Of a DNA stretch of 48,492 bases, positions 1 to 10,602 are shown piece by piece. Within the stretch, counting starts at the first letter, position 1. Each line of letters opens with the position of its first letter. The DNA is from Catajapyx aquilonaris (lineage: Eukaryota). The notes under the pieces are model-generated. The model searched no databases and was not told the origin of the DNA. It saw nothing but the letters and a program-made list of their open reading frames with translations. The stretch covers positions 1 through 48,492 of the forward strand of contig JYFJ02002952.1 in assembly GCA_000934665.2 (NCBI GenBank). The letters are read 5' to 3'. A program made the translations under genes and the position numbers.

Positions 1-190
1 ATACAACACCGATGAATTTCCAACGTTTTATTAACCAGCATTGTACAATCGAATCAAATTAACTGTGTAATGGGAGCTATAAACATTGCAATAAAAAGTG
101 CCAAATAAGCTGGTTCATCACTTACATGCTTTTTAAAGACGTGTGAGTCACATTGTTTTATGCCAATTTTTATAACCGACTCATTCGGTT

Positions 191-525
191 TTAGGGCGTC
201 GTTGGAGTCGTCAAGCCGCACTTGGTATGACACACTCGGTACAGATCTGTGAAAAATTTATATTGCATCAAACATTTGGTCTGTCTATAACAATGGATAT
301 GACAATACCTTTGTTGCATTCGGCTGCACAGTCGAGCAGACATGGATTGTTGAATATCTGGTATGTCTTTTCCTTCTTATCATATCCGCAAACAGGACGG
401 TACTCCTTGGTGCAGTTGCAGCCTTTCGGTTGACAACTGCATTTGTCAGGGTTGCAGAATCCATTTGCGACGACGGACACCACCAGAGCAGAGGCCAAGA
501 CAATGGCGATGATTGTATGACGCAT
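191..525 (-). CDS. Secreted Kazal-type protease inhibitor 1 (90 aa, 2 exons, P1=Lys)
   Basis: Exons 525-309 and 246-191, phase-1 GT..AG intron. Signal peptide MRHTIIAIVLASALVVSVVA; Kazal core CNCTKEYRPVCG..FNNPCLLDC; exon 2 DLYRVCHTKC supplies the last Cys; AATAAA (minus) at 32-27. Confidence 0.88.
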
Positions 526-880
526 TGTTGCTTGCTGGAGATGAGCAGAGAAGACGTGCGATGCAGTCGAGAGTCGGTTCTACGAGTGATATTAAACCCG
601 ACCTTTCATATGTGTTTTTCAGAGTGGCAAATTCATCTGGTTGAAATGGTGAAATATGCGCGCAAAAACATCTCATGAATATTGGAAGATAGTGTGGAAA
701 TAATTTTACACGTTTGAACTGCACAGAGTTCACAAGTGCACGACCAAATGTGCACTTTAGTACAACGGTGGTGCATTTGCCAAGTTGTAAGGCACAATTT
801 ATTTGAAATTTCATTTCATTTCAATAGGTGAAACGATTAATACTCGTTTTAAGCACATTTAAAACTCTCTCTTCGATGCA

Positions 881-980
881 TGAGACGTATGACGACGCAT
901 GACGACCCATGACGACGCATGACGACGTATGACGACGCACGACGACGTATGACGACGCACGACGACGCATGAAGACGTAT
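881..980. repeat. 10-bp tandem repeat (TGACGACGCA/TGACGACGTA), about 10 copies
   Basis: Directly visible. Confidence 0.9.
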
Positions 981-1495
981 GAGATGAAAGACCTTTGTAG
1001 ACTTTGAGGATTAAAAAAAAAACTGAATAAACTTATAGTAATTAATGCAGAAATTGAACTAGACATATCCCATTAATACAGTTGATTTGAATACTTTTTA
1101 TATACCAACATGTGCAGCTGTTCTTTTGTTATGAAAAAATAATTATGCAGTTGAATAATGCAGTTCAGTCGCATATTTAAAAAAATATGTATCACCATAT
1201 TTCAGCAATATTTTACAATTATTCTACGCCACAAACTCGGGGAATTTATGCCAACAGCATATAGTTTTTGAAACAATTAGACACAAAAAACCACTTTCAG
1301 TTGTATGCTGAAAGTGTCTTAATGTATCCTCCATGGGTCATTGCGTTTAGTTGTCATAAATTTGGGCTCATATTATTAAACACTCAAAATTGTCATCCAA
1401 TTTTTTATTGCACATAATTATAACATTTTGAACTTCAAATTTTATATCATTCCAATCTAGTCGTAAAGGGCTGGGGTCATCTGATGTCCAGCATC

Positions 1496-1839
1496 TCACT
1501 CATCGTCTGCGTCTCTGATGATGTTGCACTTGGTGTGACACACTTTGTCCAAATCTGTCCAATGAAATTTTTTTTAAAAAATAGCATCAAACTTCAAAAT
1601 GAATCACAACGTCCATACAACTTACCTCTATTACAATGAGCAATTGTGCAATCCAAATAACACTCATTCTGATAGGTGACCCCATCCGACCCACAGACAG
1701 GATAATCATCATCTTTGCAGGAATCACAATGCTTCGCCTGCAGGACACACTCATCCTCAGGACAATACCCAAATTGACACTTCCTGCAGTTTCCTAGGAC
1801 CACCAACAATGCCATCATGATCAGTGTCACACGCAGCAT
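1496..1839 (-). CDS. Secreted Kazal-type protein 2 (90 aa, 2 exons, P1=Asp)
   Basis: Exons 1839-1626 and 1554-1496 (G|GTAAG..ACAG|AT). Signal [43 protein letters not shown]; exon 2 DLDKVCHTKC; TATAAA (minus) at 1899-1894. Confidence 0.9.
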
Positions 1840-1944
1840 CGTAAACCTGCCAAAATATGAGATCCACAAAGGTCATAAATAAAAAACCAGTTGTTTATAC
1901 ACCCCTCCAAGTTTTAATCGCACTAATCACACTACATAGTTTAA

Positions 1945-2354
1945 CTAATCTTCCATCTCATCGCTGTCGGGTCTAGTTATGTTGCAAAGAGAGTTGCACA
2001 CTCTGCTCAGATCTGTCAAAAAGAAATTTGCAATGAGGCTTATATCCAAAAAGTTACGGATGATCTTTACTACGCGACGCAGTGGGAAAGCCACAATAAC
2101 GTCACTTTCGTATAAGTAAAGATCAGTCAGCATATTTGTATACCTTTGTTGCATCTGGCCACCCATTTCAACTCGCATTCGCTGCTGTATATATTCATGT
2201 CTGATCCGCAGACTGGTTTGTTGTTATCAGGACAATTGCTTAATTTACGAGGTGCGCATGTACACAAGCACTTGTTATATTTCCTGCCATCTTTGGAGTT
2301 GGATTGGACCAATGTGATGACCAACAGGAGGACTATCAGGCAACGAAGCATCAT
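1945..2354 (-). CDS. Secreted atypical Kazal-type protein 3 (92 aa, 2 exons, P1=Asp)
   Basis: Exons 2354-2144 and 2012-1945. Signal MMLRCLIVLLLVITLVQS; CPDNNKPVCGSDMNIYSSECELKW; exon 2 DLSRVCNSLC; TATAAAA (minus) at 2538-2532. Confidence 0.87.
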
Positions 2355-2531
2355 GATGGCTCTAATTGTGCAGAAATAAAGTTAAATAATTTTTTAAAAA
2401 AAAATTAAAGTGAATGGAAATACCTCATTGCGCAAGATCTGGCGTAGTGTGTACCAAAGCCAAAAGTACTTACAGTGTTAGGTACGTCTATTCAGCAGGA
2501 CTTGAAGCCAGAATGTGAGCTGGATCTCAAC

Positions 2532-2991
2532 TTTTATACACATCTGTTTGGTTCAGTTACCACGTGATTTGATATGTTAATTAATGTACATGATGTACTG
2601 ATGTTTTTAACAAGAATATGCAGGTGTTTAGTTGAAAAATATTTTTCAGAAATTACTATTTAACAATTCAAATTTGTCAAGGTGTTGACCAGTTCAAAGT
2701 CGAGGACACCACTTTGGCAGCAGTGAACACATGTGAAATGTAGCTATTCAAATGCAAATTAGCAACAATTGATCCCCCCCAGATGTACTGTACGTACACG
2801 ATATTCATATCGCACTTGGCCTTGTGGGATTAACTAATTTAATTTTAAACAGTATGCCCCCCTGTACAACAATCTCATAACGCAAATTCTGCTGCTTCAA
2901 CAACTATTAACAGCCAGAAATAAAAAAAAAAGAAAGGGAGTGAGTCACATTGTTGACATGTACCGATCACGTAGCCAAGTCCCGTATAAAA
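2532..2991. promoter_or_regulatory. Divergent promoter region of Kazal-3 (-) and Kazal-4 (+)
   Basis: TATAAAA on minus at 2538-2532 and on plus at 2985-2991; AP-1-like TGAGTCA at 2941-2947. Confidence 0.55.
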
Positions 2992-3026
2992 GCCGGCTGA
3001 CCTTTCAAAAGTTCCAAGTTGACACC

Positions 3027-3332
3027 ATGGCTCTCTCAATAAGGATCGTCGTGGTCACGCTGGTCATCTGGGCGACCTCATCAGCCACGAAGAGGTGTGA
3101 CAAAAACTGCCATTGTCCACCGAACCAACAATCGGTGTGTGGATCTGACCTGGTCACATATGACAGCCTGTGTCACCTACGATGTGCTCGTGCTTGCAAT
3201 CCTGGTATGGTACTTATTATTAAATTAATTATTAGTAATATTAATTATATTAAATATATAATTGCAGGGTTGTGCCAGCTGACTGATGACGAATGTGGTG
3301 GTGGTGGGTACGACGAACCTTATCCGTACTGA
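3027..3332 (+). CDS. Secreted Kazal-type protein 4 (80 aa, 2 exons, P1=Pro)
   Basis: Exons 3027-3204 and 3268-3332; the 63-nt AT-rich intron is in frame and stop-free, so the ORF track reads through it. Signal MALSIRIVVVTLVIWATSSA; CHCPPNQQSVCGSDLVTYDSLCHLRC; AATAAA at 3359-3364. Confidence 0.88.
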   Translation: MALSIRIVVVTLVIWATSSATKRCDKNCHCPPNQQSVCGSDLVTYDSLCHLRCARACNPGMVLIIKLIISNINYIKYIIAGLCQLTDDECGGGGYDEPYPY

Positions 3333-4281
3333 GCTTGTGGCAACAATGGAATTGACAAAATAAATTGTTTAAAAAATTATTCCACGTTTATTATATTATA
3401 TGTCAGTACAATAATGGGTGTGACCACCTCTACGCTGGCGTTATGGTTCGATGACTTTCGGAGACAGCTGCGACCTCGGGGTGCCAAGGTCTTATCGCAT
3501 TGTTGGTGCAAAAAAAAAAAAGTCGAGGTTACTAGCATCATACAATGAGACTTGTCTGCACTTAGGACTCCTGCAAAATGTCACTTGATATGACGCAGTA
3601 ATTGCAAAAAAAAAAATATCTTAATAGGTGCAGTGGTACCAACAATTGTGCGCCTGAAATGCGCACGAGGTTTTCTCAACAAGTTTCGGTCTAGTAAGTA
3701 CGCAAACCAGTTCAGCTACTTGTTATGCAGTCATGGTTGGTTGTAATGATTGACAGTGAATGGACAACAAATTGTTCAACACTGAGCCAATTATGCCAAT
3801 TATGCAGCGGACTTTCGGGATAATTGGTTGCTGGAAGACAATTATTATGTACGAGTATAGCTCTCAATAAGGAATATTTAAAAATCGCATATAGGTTGCA
3901 TAATAGTATTATGATTAATAGTGAAAAGTCAAGTACTGACCAATTGTTTCAATATTATAATCAATGGAAGAAAAATTATGTTACAATTTTATGCACTATT
4001 TTATATGCAATATATTATAATATTCATCATTCATATACTATACTACATCACGCCTTTTGCCTAATATATAATATAATTATGTTATAAATGAATAAATAAA
4101 ATCTAAATACTGTGTATAATAAATATGATAAATACAAAAATATATATAATGCGATGCAACATACAGTAGATTAAAATAAGATATTTAAATTGCATAAATT
4201 ACAATGAATACAAAATTATTCATATTAGGCTATACAAGAAATCGATATTAAAATTTACTAACATTAATTAATATTAATATG

Positions 4282-4516
4282 CAGTTGAATCCGGATATAA
4301 CAGCCTCGGCTATAGCAGACTTTCGGTTATAACATACTTGAAAGGCCCGTCCTGTCTGTTAAAATAGCCTATGCAGGCCTATGGAAGTATATGGCCGTAT
4401 ATGGCCATATATGCCCTGTGTATTTAGGGAATTATAGGCTATAACATACCTCGGTTATAACAGACTGATTTCCGCGGTCCCTTGAAGTTGAAGTCTGTTA
4501 TATCCGGATTCAACTA
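4282..4516. mobile_element. MITE with about 21-bp TIRs (Tc1/mariner-pogo-like CAGT.. ends)
   Basis: AGTTGAATCCGGATATAACAG (4283-4303) is the exact reverse complement of 4495-4515; internal CTCGGTTATAAC-type subrepeats; no coding capacity. Confidence 0.75.
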
Positions 4517-4899
4517 TATTATAATAGCATACGAATTAAATTAATACAGGGTTATATACCATAAAATAAATAGACACTTTCAACATTTTATATATACCAA
4601 AATATTATTGATAGAACCAAAATACTTACATGGCTTTTTAAAGTCTATAGATGTCTTTAAGTTAAACGCGAATAAATGCATACCAAACGCAATGCGGTAT
4701 AAAACTTTGATATATGTCCACGGCTTCAGTACGACTTTGAGTAGTCATAACTCCAGCAGAAAACAATGTGTAATGTACGTTATTAAACCCCCAATGACTA
4801 ATACGCAACAGCATCACGCTGACTCTTGTCTTTCGCACCATTTAACACCTTAGTATATAAGCCATCAGGTGAGCATCGCCCTCCACCTATAGCATCACC

Positions 4900-6823
4900 A
4901 TGCCTTCGAGAAGCGCCATACTGATGCTGCTGACCCTCACCCTCCTGATGGTGACCATGACCTCATCCGGACGTCCATGTCACCATCACTGCAACTGCAC
5001 CGAAGAATACTTCCCAGTGTGCGGCTCGGACGGAGTGACCTACAGCAACCCATGTCATCTACGCTGTGCCCAACGCTGCAACCCTCGTAAGTTTAAACAC
5101 CAAATTATTATATTATCGAAGTCATTACATAAAAATAATGCGGTTAGCACAGATGACATGCGTTGCGTGTTAAAAAGGGCCCGCTTTCTGATTTATCTGG
5201 ATCGGCGGTGCTCTAACTCCGGTACCGTTTCATGCTCTGCAGCTCGGTCTCTCTGTGCTGCTGTGTGTGGTCAGTGTTGATGGCATCCTCCCATAAACCG
5301 CAATGTAGAAAGTATAACGCCAAAATATTATCATAATAATGGTCGGGACATTGCTCATTGGTAATCTCGCGGGCAATCTGCTCTTCATCCGTATACTATA
5401 CAGTGTCTATACCTAAATTTTGATCAAAATGTGACTTGGCTGCATTATTTTGAATATGGGACTAATGTTCAATGCTATACGTGTCAGTGGAGTTGAAGCT
5501 TTCTTCGTGGCACACATCGCAATATGTCGAGGTCTCTTTCGCTTTATTGTTGTGCCAACTGTATACGGTACGCACTCTGATTCACAGTAATGTGTGGAAA
5601 ATTGCTTCACCTCCAACATCAGTCACAAGAAGTAGTGTAGCATTTTTGCACTTTTACCTATTTTCTCGCCAACTAGGCTGTCACCTTAGCAGCACAATAG
5701 TCGACTGCGAAAGTCACCTCATGATAGGCCTGCGACAGGGAATCTCGCGGACGCTCGTCTCCTATTTTCAAGGTCGCCTCGTTGACTGTATAGCCTTCAA
5801 GTGGGCTTGTGGTGTCAAAATGTCGACAATTTATAAAATCACGAGACTACATTAATTTTTATTTCATAACCATAATTTATTGCTGAAGTGACATGCATGT
5901 CTGACAATTAAAATTACAGTTTTTTAAAAATTACACTGATCTAGGAATTAATATCAATTATGGTACTATATGAAATCATCAATAAACTGCTTTATTAATT
6001 CGATTTATTATTATTATTACAGAAAATAATGCAATATGGTATCAGTTATTATTTCGTAATGTAACCATAATTTATTGTTTAATTTAGATACATTTTAGTA
6101 CTAATAGTTAATATTTTAATTCTTTTCTAAATACTGTATTATTATTTATTAATATTATGTTACATTCTCATTTAATTACGTTCATATTATGATATGAAAA
6201 TTATATTATTGGACACATTAATATAGTGGATTATTAATAATCCACTCTATTAATGTGTCCAATAATGTAATTTTCATAATTTCATAATAATAATAATTAT
6301 TAGTAGCATTCTAAATGGTATCTAATTATTAGATACCATTTAGAATGCTACTAATAATTATTATTTAATTTATTGATACATCATATTACATAACAAATGC
6401 ATTCAATTATTTTATAAATTTATATTATAGGAAACTTTAATTACAGTCCTATTCTGGTCTGTAATTCTTATATAATATTAATTTAATTCAATTTGTTTTA
6501 ATTTCGTTCATCATGTGATGGTGTTGTTGTTGTTAATTACAGTGAATTGTTAATGCGACACAATTTAATTGCAATTACTGCTGTACCGCGCATTGTTATA
6601 ATATGACGAATATTTAATTAATATTATAAGTATAACAAATTAATTCTATTTGAAATTGCTATTACGCGTTATAGAGCGACTTATTGATTCCACAAAATTT
6701 AATTGTAACAATTACTCCAGAACTCGTGTATGACGATTACTTAATTAATATTTAACAAATTTTATCTTTCCAGGTCTGTACAAGGCTCACGATGGCCCCT
6801 GCGCATCCTGGGCCGATGACTAG
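4900..6823 (+). CDS. Secreted Kazal-type protease inhibitor 5 (78 aa, 2 exons, P1=Glu)
   Basis: Exons 4900-5086 and 6774-6823 (C|GTAAGT..TTTCCAG|GT), giving [46 protein letters not shown] with the classic HxGxC end; TATATAA at 4854-4860. Confidence 0.92.
6194..6363. repeat. Two adjacent long AT-rich palindromes in the Kazal-5 intron
   Basis: 6194-6277 (centre GGATTATT|AATAATCC) and 6291-6363 (centre TCTAAT-T-ATTAGA) are each near-perfect inverted repeats. Confidence 0.85.
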
Positions 6824-8021
6824 ACCCTGCGAATCGGAGCACACACGATTTTTTTTTTTTTTTTGAGCATTAAAAAAAAAGCCATGCAAGCTGTACCGTA
6901 ACATAATAAAAAGAGGGGGAGTCTCTCACCATTGTTACGGGCTTCTGCTCCTCGTAACGGGAGTTGTCTGCTTGTTTCCTTTATACATTTTTTTTTCATT
7001 TTTTTTTTTCATATCATATTGTATTCCCTCCTCCACCCCCCTACCACCTTCCCTCACCATGTACTACCTTTCTTAGCGCTAACGAATCGTTAAGATGGAT
7101 AGAAAGTCAGCTCGCAAGAGGTTCCTTGACCCAGTGTTACAGAAACACACTTTAAGCTGTGTGTGCTGCTGCCATGGCTTGGCTATATGGGCACCGCTAC
7201 TTTCTCTCTTCTTGATTCGGAGGAACCTGCGATTTCACTCCCATGTGATATATTCAGGAGCCATACCCACATTTATATGCATCTTTAAAAATATATATAT
7301 AATTATTTTCAACAAAAAAAAGTGCTGCAACAATATGGGCTGACAACAATGCTGCATATTGTTACAAGGCGGACCTATAAAGCCGGCGCGTAATTACAGC
7401 TGTCATGCCGGTCTGTCCGTTTAAAAAACCAAATTTTCGTACATTAATTGCAATTAAAAAAACATTTCAACCAACAATACCGACTGCCTGTGCCAACATG
7501 GCTGCCCGATTCGCCCAGTGTGTGACTATATCTGGATCAATGGCCGTGCTTGTGTATCCTTCCGCCTAGTTCCGCCCAACCTGAGCAGGATTTAGACTAG
7601 AACCGAGTTTAATTGGGATTAACTGGGGTTTGATCAAGGCGGGTTAATCATATTTGGTTGCAGATTGAGACGTGGTTTTGGTTTAAGACGGGGTTGAAGC
7701 GGGTTTTCCCAGGGACTACTTGTCACGTGACCCCGTGTTTACCTGTGCTTGAAAATGGGGACAGTAGCTTTTTGGAGTAACTGCTAGTCGATAGCGGCTA
7801 TTCTCGTAGCGGCTATTAGAAGTTTTATTATTAAATAAATTATTGCAATATATTAAAAGGCACCCTCAAGAAGATTGCATTTGACATTACATGTCTGACG
7901 CACTGTGAGTGTAGTACCATATCCCTCACAGAGATGGCGCACGCTGCTGCACCTAGACTACTGATGACTCACCGCGGACAAACGGCTACCCGCTCTTCGC
8001 ACGGCCAACTACATATAATAT

Positions 8022-8378
8022 CAGGGAGCATATACTGCATAAGAGGCGCAAACTTCTGTCGGCGCCTTTGATGTCCGCGTCCCTCTGTTTGGGGGCCGTT
8101 GCCAAGGCTGGCGGCCATTTTAAAGTGTGGTCAACGCCAACGAGGTATAAATAGGGTACAGGCAAAAATAGGGTTTGCTATCTTTGATGGTTTTGGCGGC
8201 CATGGCAACTACACGGCAAGAACACGCGCGCATCAAAGATGGCGGACCCTATTTTTGCCTGTACCCTATTTATACCTCCTTGGCGTTGCCCCCACTTCAA
8301 AATGGCCGCCAGTCTTGACAACGCCCCAAACAGAGAGACGCGGAAACCGAATGTTAGCGCGTCTTATGTTGCTCCCTG
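8022..8378. mobile_element. Foldback/MITE-like element with about 150-bp inverted arms (CAGGG..CCCTG ends)
   Basis: GAGGTATAAATAGGGTACAGGCAAAAATAGGGT is mirrored by ACCCTATTTTTGCCTGTACCCTATTTATACCTC; the arms extend to CAGGGAGCA/TGCTCCCTG; flanked by about 115-bp direct repeats (7895-8011, 8381-8517). Confidence 0.72.
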
Positions 8379-9644
8379 GCCTGACGCACTGTGGGTGTAG
8401 TATATCCCTCACATAGATGGCGCACGCTGCTGCACCTGATGACTCACCGCGGACAAACAGAGGCACATATCCAAGACAATTGTACGTGTGGCTACCCGTT
8501 ATTCGCACGGCCAGCTATACAAATATTGTGAAGACCCATAGTATGGCTGCCATGGTATGCAAACCTGGACAAACGAACGAACGAACTTTGCATTATAGAT
8601 GAATTATTTTTAAAAAAATAAAAAAAGGAGGCAACGGAGTGCGCACCCACACTCGCGCAGCTCCAGCATTGCTCTAAAGTTCTGACAACAACGTTGCCAG
8701 AGTATGACCACCACAATATATCTGACCAAGCCGATATCATTGATAATGCCAACCCTGCCGGGTTGCGCGAACTGTGCTGCGCATTCGTTTGAGCTAGTTA
8801 AAAAAAAAATAAAATTGGCAGAACTTGCACCGAGCAACAACCGGTAAGGTTAACACAGTAACGTTATTCCAATTAAAAAATTTTACGTGTCTAAAATTAT
8901 AATTATTAATTATTGCCCTGCACTGTTCCTGGCGCCGATCGCTGCTTTATTCAATCTCCAGCAGCTGTGCTACATCCGGCCCCCCTGTCCCTCTTCCCCC
9001 CCACCTCTGCCATCCATCCCCCTCCCTTCTTCTTCCCCCAGTCAGAATATTCCAAAAGAAGAAAATGCTGGAGTGAGAGTCGTTTCCTTTTGGTCCGTGG
9101 ACAGCAGAACTACGGGGGGCCCCCCCGAAGGAACTGTGGCGTGTGTTGTTATGAGGGCGGAAGGACAGCAGAAGAGGAAGCAGCGGATGGGACGGGCAAG
9201 GGGCGCGTAGCCCCTACACGATAGACCCAAGAGGCACAGCCCCACCACCACCAGAGAAGAAGAAGAAGAAGAAGGGAAGGAACAGGGGAAAAGGAGAAGG
9301 AGGAACAGACACTGGAACCAAGGAACAGCTACGGGTCATGGGTGAGGAGGAACATCAATAGGGGGGGAGATAGAGAGAGATGGAAATCATAATAACAACA
9401 ATCATTATCGGTCGTGCTTGGTCGGATGCTGGTCAAAGAGTACGTTGCACGCACCTCTAGGGGGACACTGGAATAATCATCATCATCGTAATGCTTGGTC
9501 AGACGCTAGACGAAAAGTACATCCTACACACCTCTGCGGGGACACTAGAACAATAATAATCATCATCATCATCATTAGGCGTTTCCTAAACAGATGTGGG
9601 GTTGCCAGCGGATATTGAGGATGAGGTCCTTAATATCTCATAAG

Positions 9645-10063
9645 TAATATAATAATAATAATTATAATAATAATAACTATAATAATAATAATTATAATAA
9701 TAATAACTATAATAACAATAATTATTATTATTATAATAACTATAATAATAATAATTATTATTATTATAATAACTATAATAATAATAATAATAACAATAAT
9801 AATAATAAGAATAACAATAAGAATAACAATAATAATAACAATAATAAGAATAAGAATAACAATAATAATAACAATAATAATAACAATAATAATAACTATA
9901 ATAATAACTATAATAAGAATAACAATAATAATAACAATAATAATAACAATAATAATAATAAGAATAACAATAATAATAACTATAATAATAATAAGAATAA
10001 TAAGAATAACAATAATAATAATAGTCATGCTTGGTTGGATACTGGCCAAAAGGGGGGATGCTG

Positions 10064-10116
<53 letters not shown>

Positions 10117-10391
10117 TCTTACCCCGTTATCAGCCATTTTTGGCTCTTTAGGGGGGATTTTTTTTGTTTTGTCTGGAACTCTTGCGTACATTTTAACTTT
10201 GCTTTTTGGGAGCGGATAGGGAAGGAAGGAGGCGGCTGTGGCCTATTAATTTAGGAAACAACTCCGGAATTCTTCTGGAGGGACCGTGGGAAACCACAGA
10301 AAACCACGGTTAGAGTTGCCGGCCCCAGGGATCGAACCCAGGACCTTCCGATTAGCAGTCGGACCTTATAGCCACTCCACCAAACTGCTTC

Positions 10392-10448
<57 letters not shown>

Positions 10449-10548
10449 TCATTACGCTCACGGCATATTCCCAAGATGGGGTTACCAGCGATTACCAGGT
10501 ACAATCCACCTGACCATCTCGAACGACCATCTCGACGAATCCTTTGGT

Positions 10549-10581
<33 letters not shown>

Positions 10582-10602
10582 TAATAATAATAATAATAAT
10601 AA
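9645..10602. repeat. Interrupted (AAT/AAC)n microsatellite field
   Basis: Arrays at about 9645-10022, 10065-10115, 10395-10447 and 10549-10602. Confidence 0.95.
10201..10394 (-). mobile_element. tRNA-derived SINE
   Basis: Minus strand: A box TGGTGGAGTGG, anticodon-like arm TCCGA-CTGCTAA-TCGGA, B box GGTTCGATCCC, then body GTGGTTTTCTGTGGTTTCCC..AGGCCACAGCCGCCTCCTTCC resembling arthropod Lm1/Talua-type SINEs (from memory, not searched). Confidence 0.8.

Noticed and set aside
9586..10191. Poly-Tyr and poly-Ile ORFs (also 33927-34319)
   Set aside because: Translations of (AAT/AAC)n microsatellites; no splice or codon support.
10318..10394. Functional tRNA-Ser(GCT) on the minus strand
   Set aside because: Acceptor stem does not pair, there is no long variable arm, and it runs into a SINE body.
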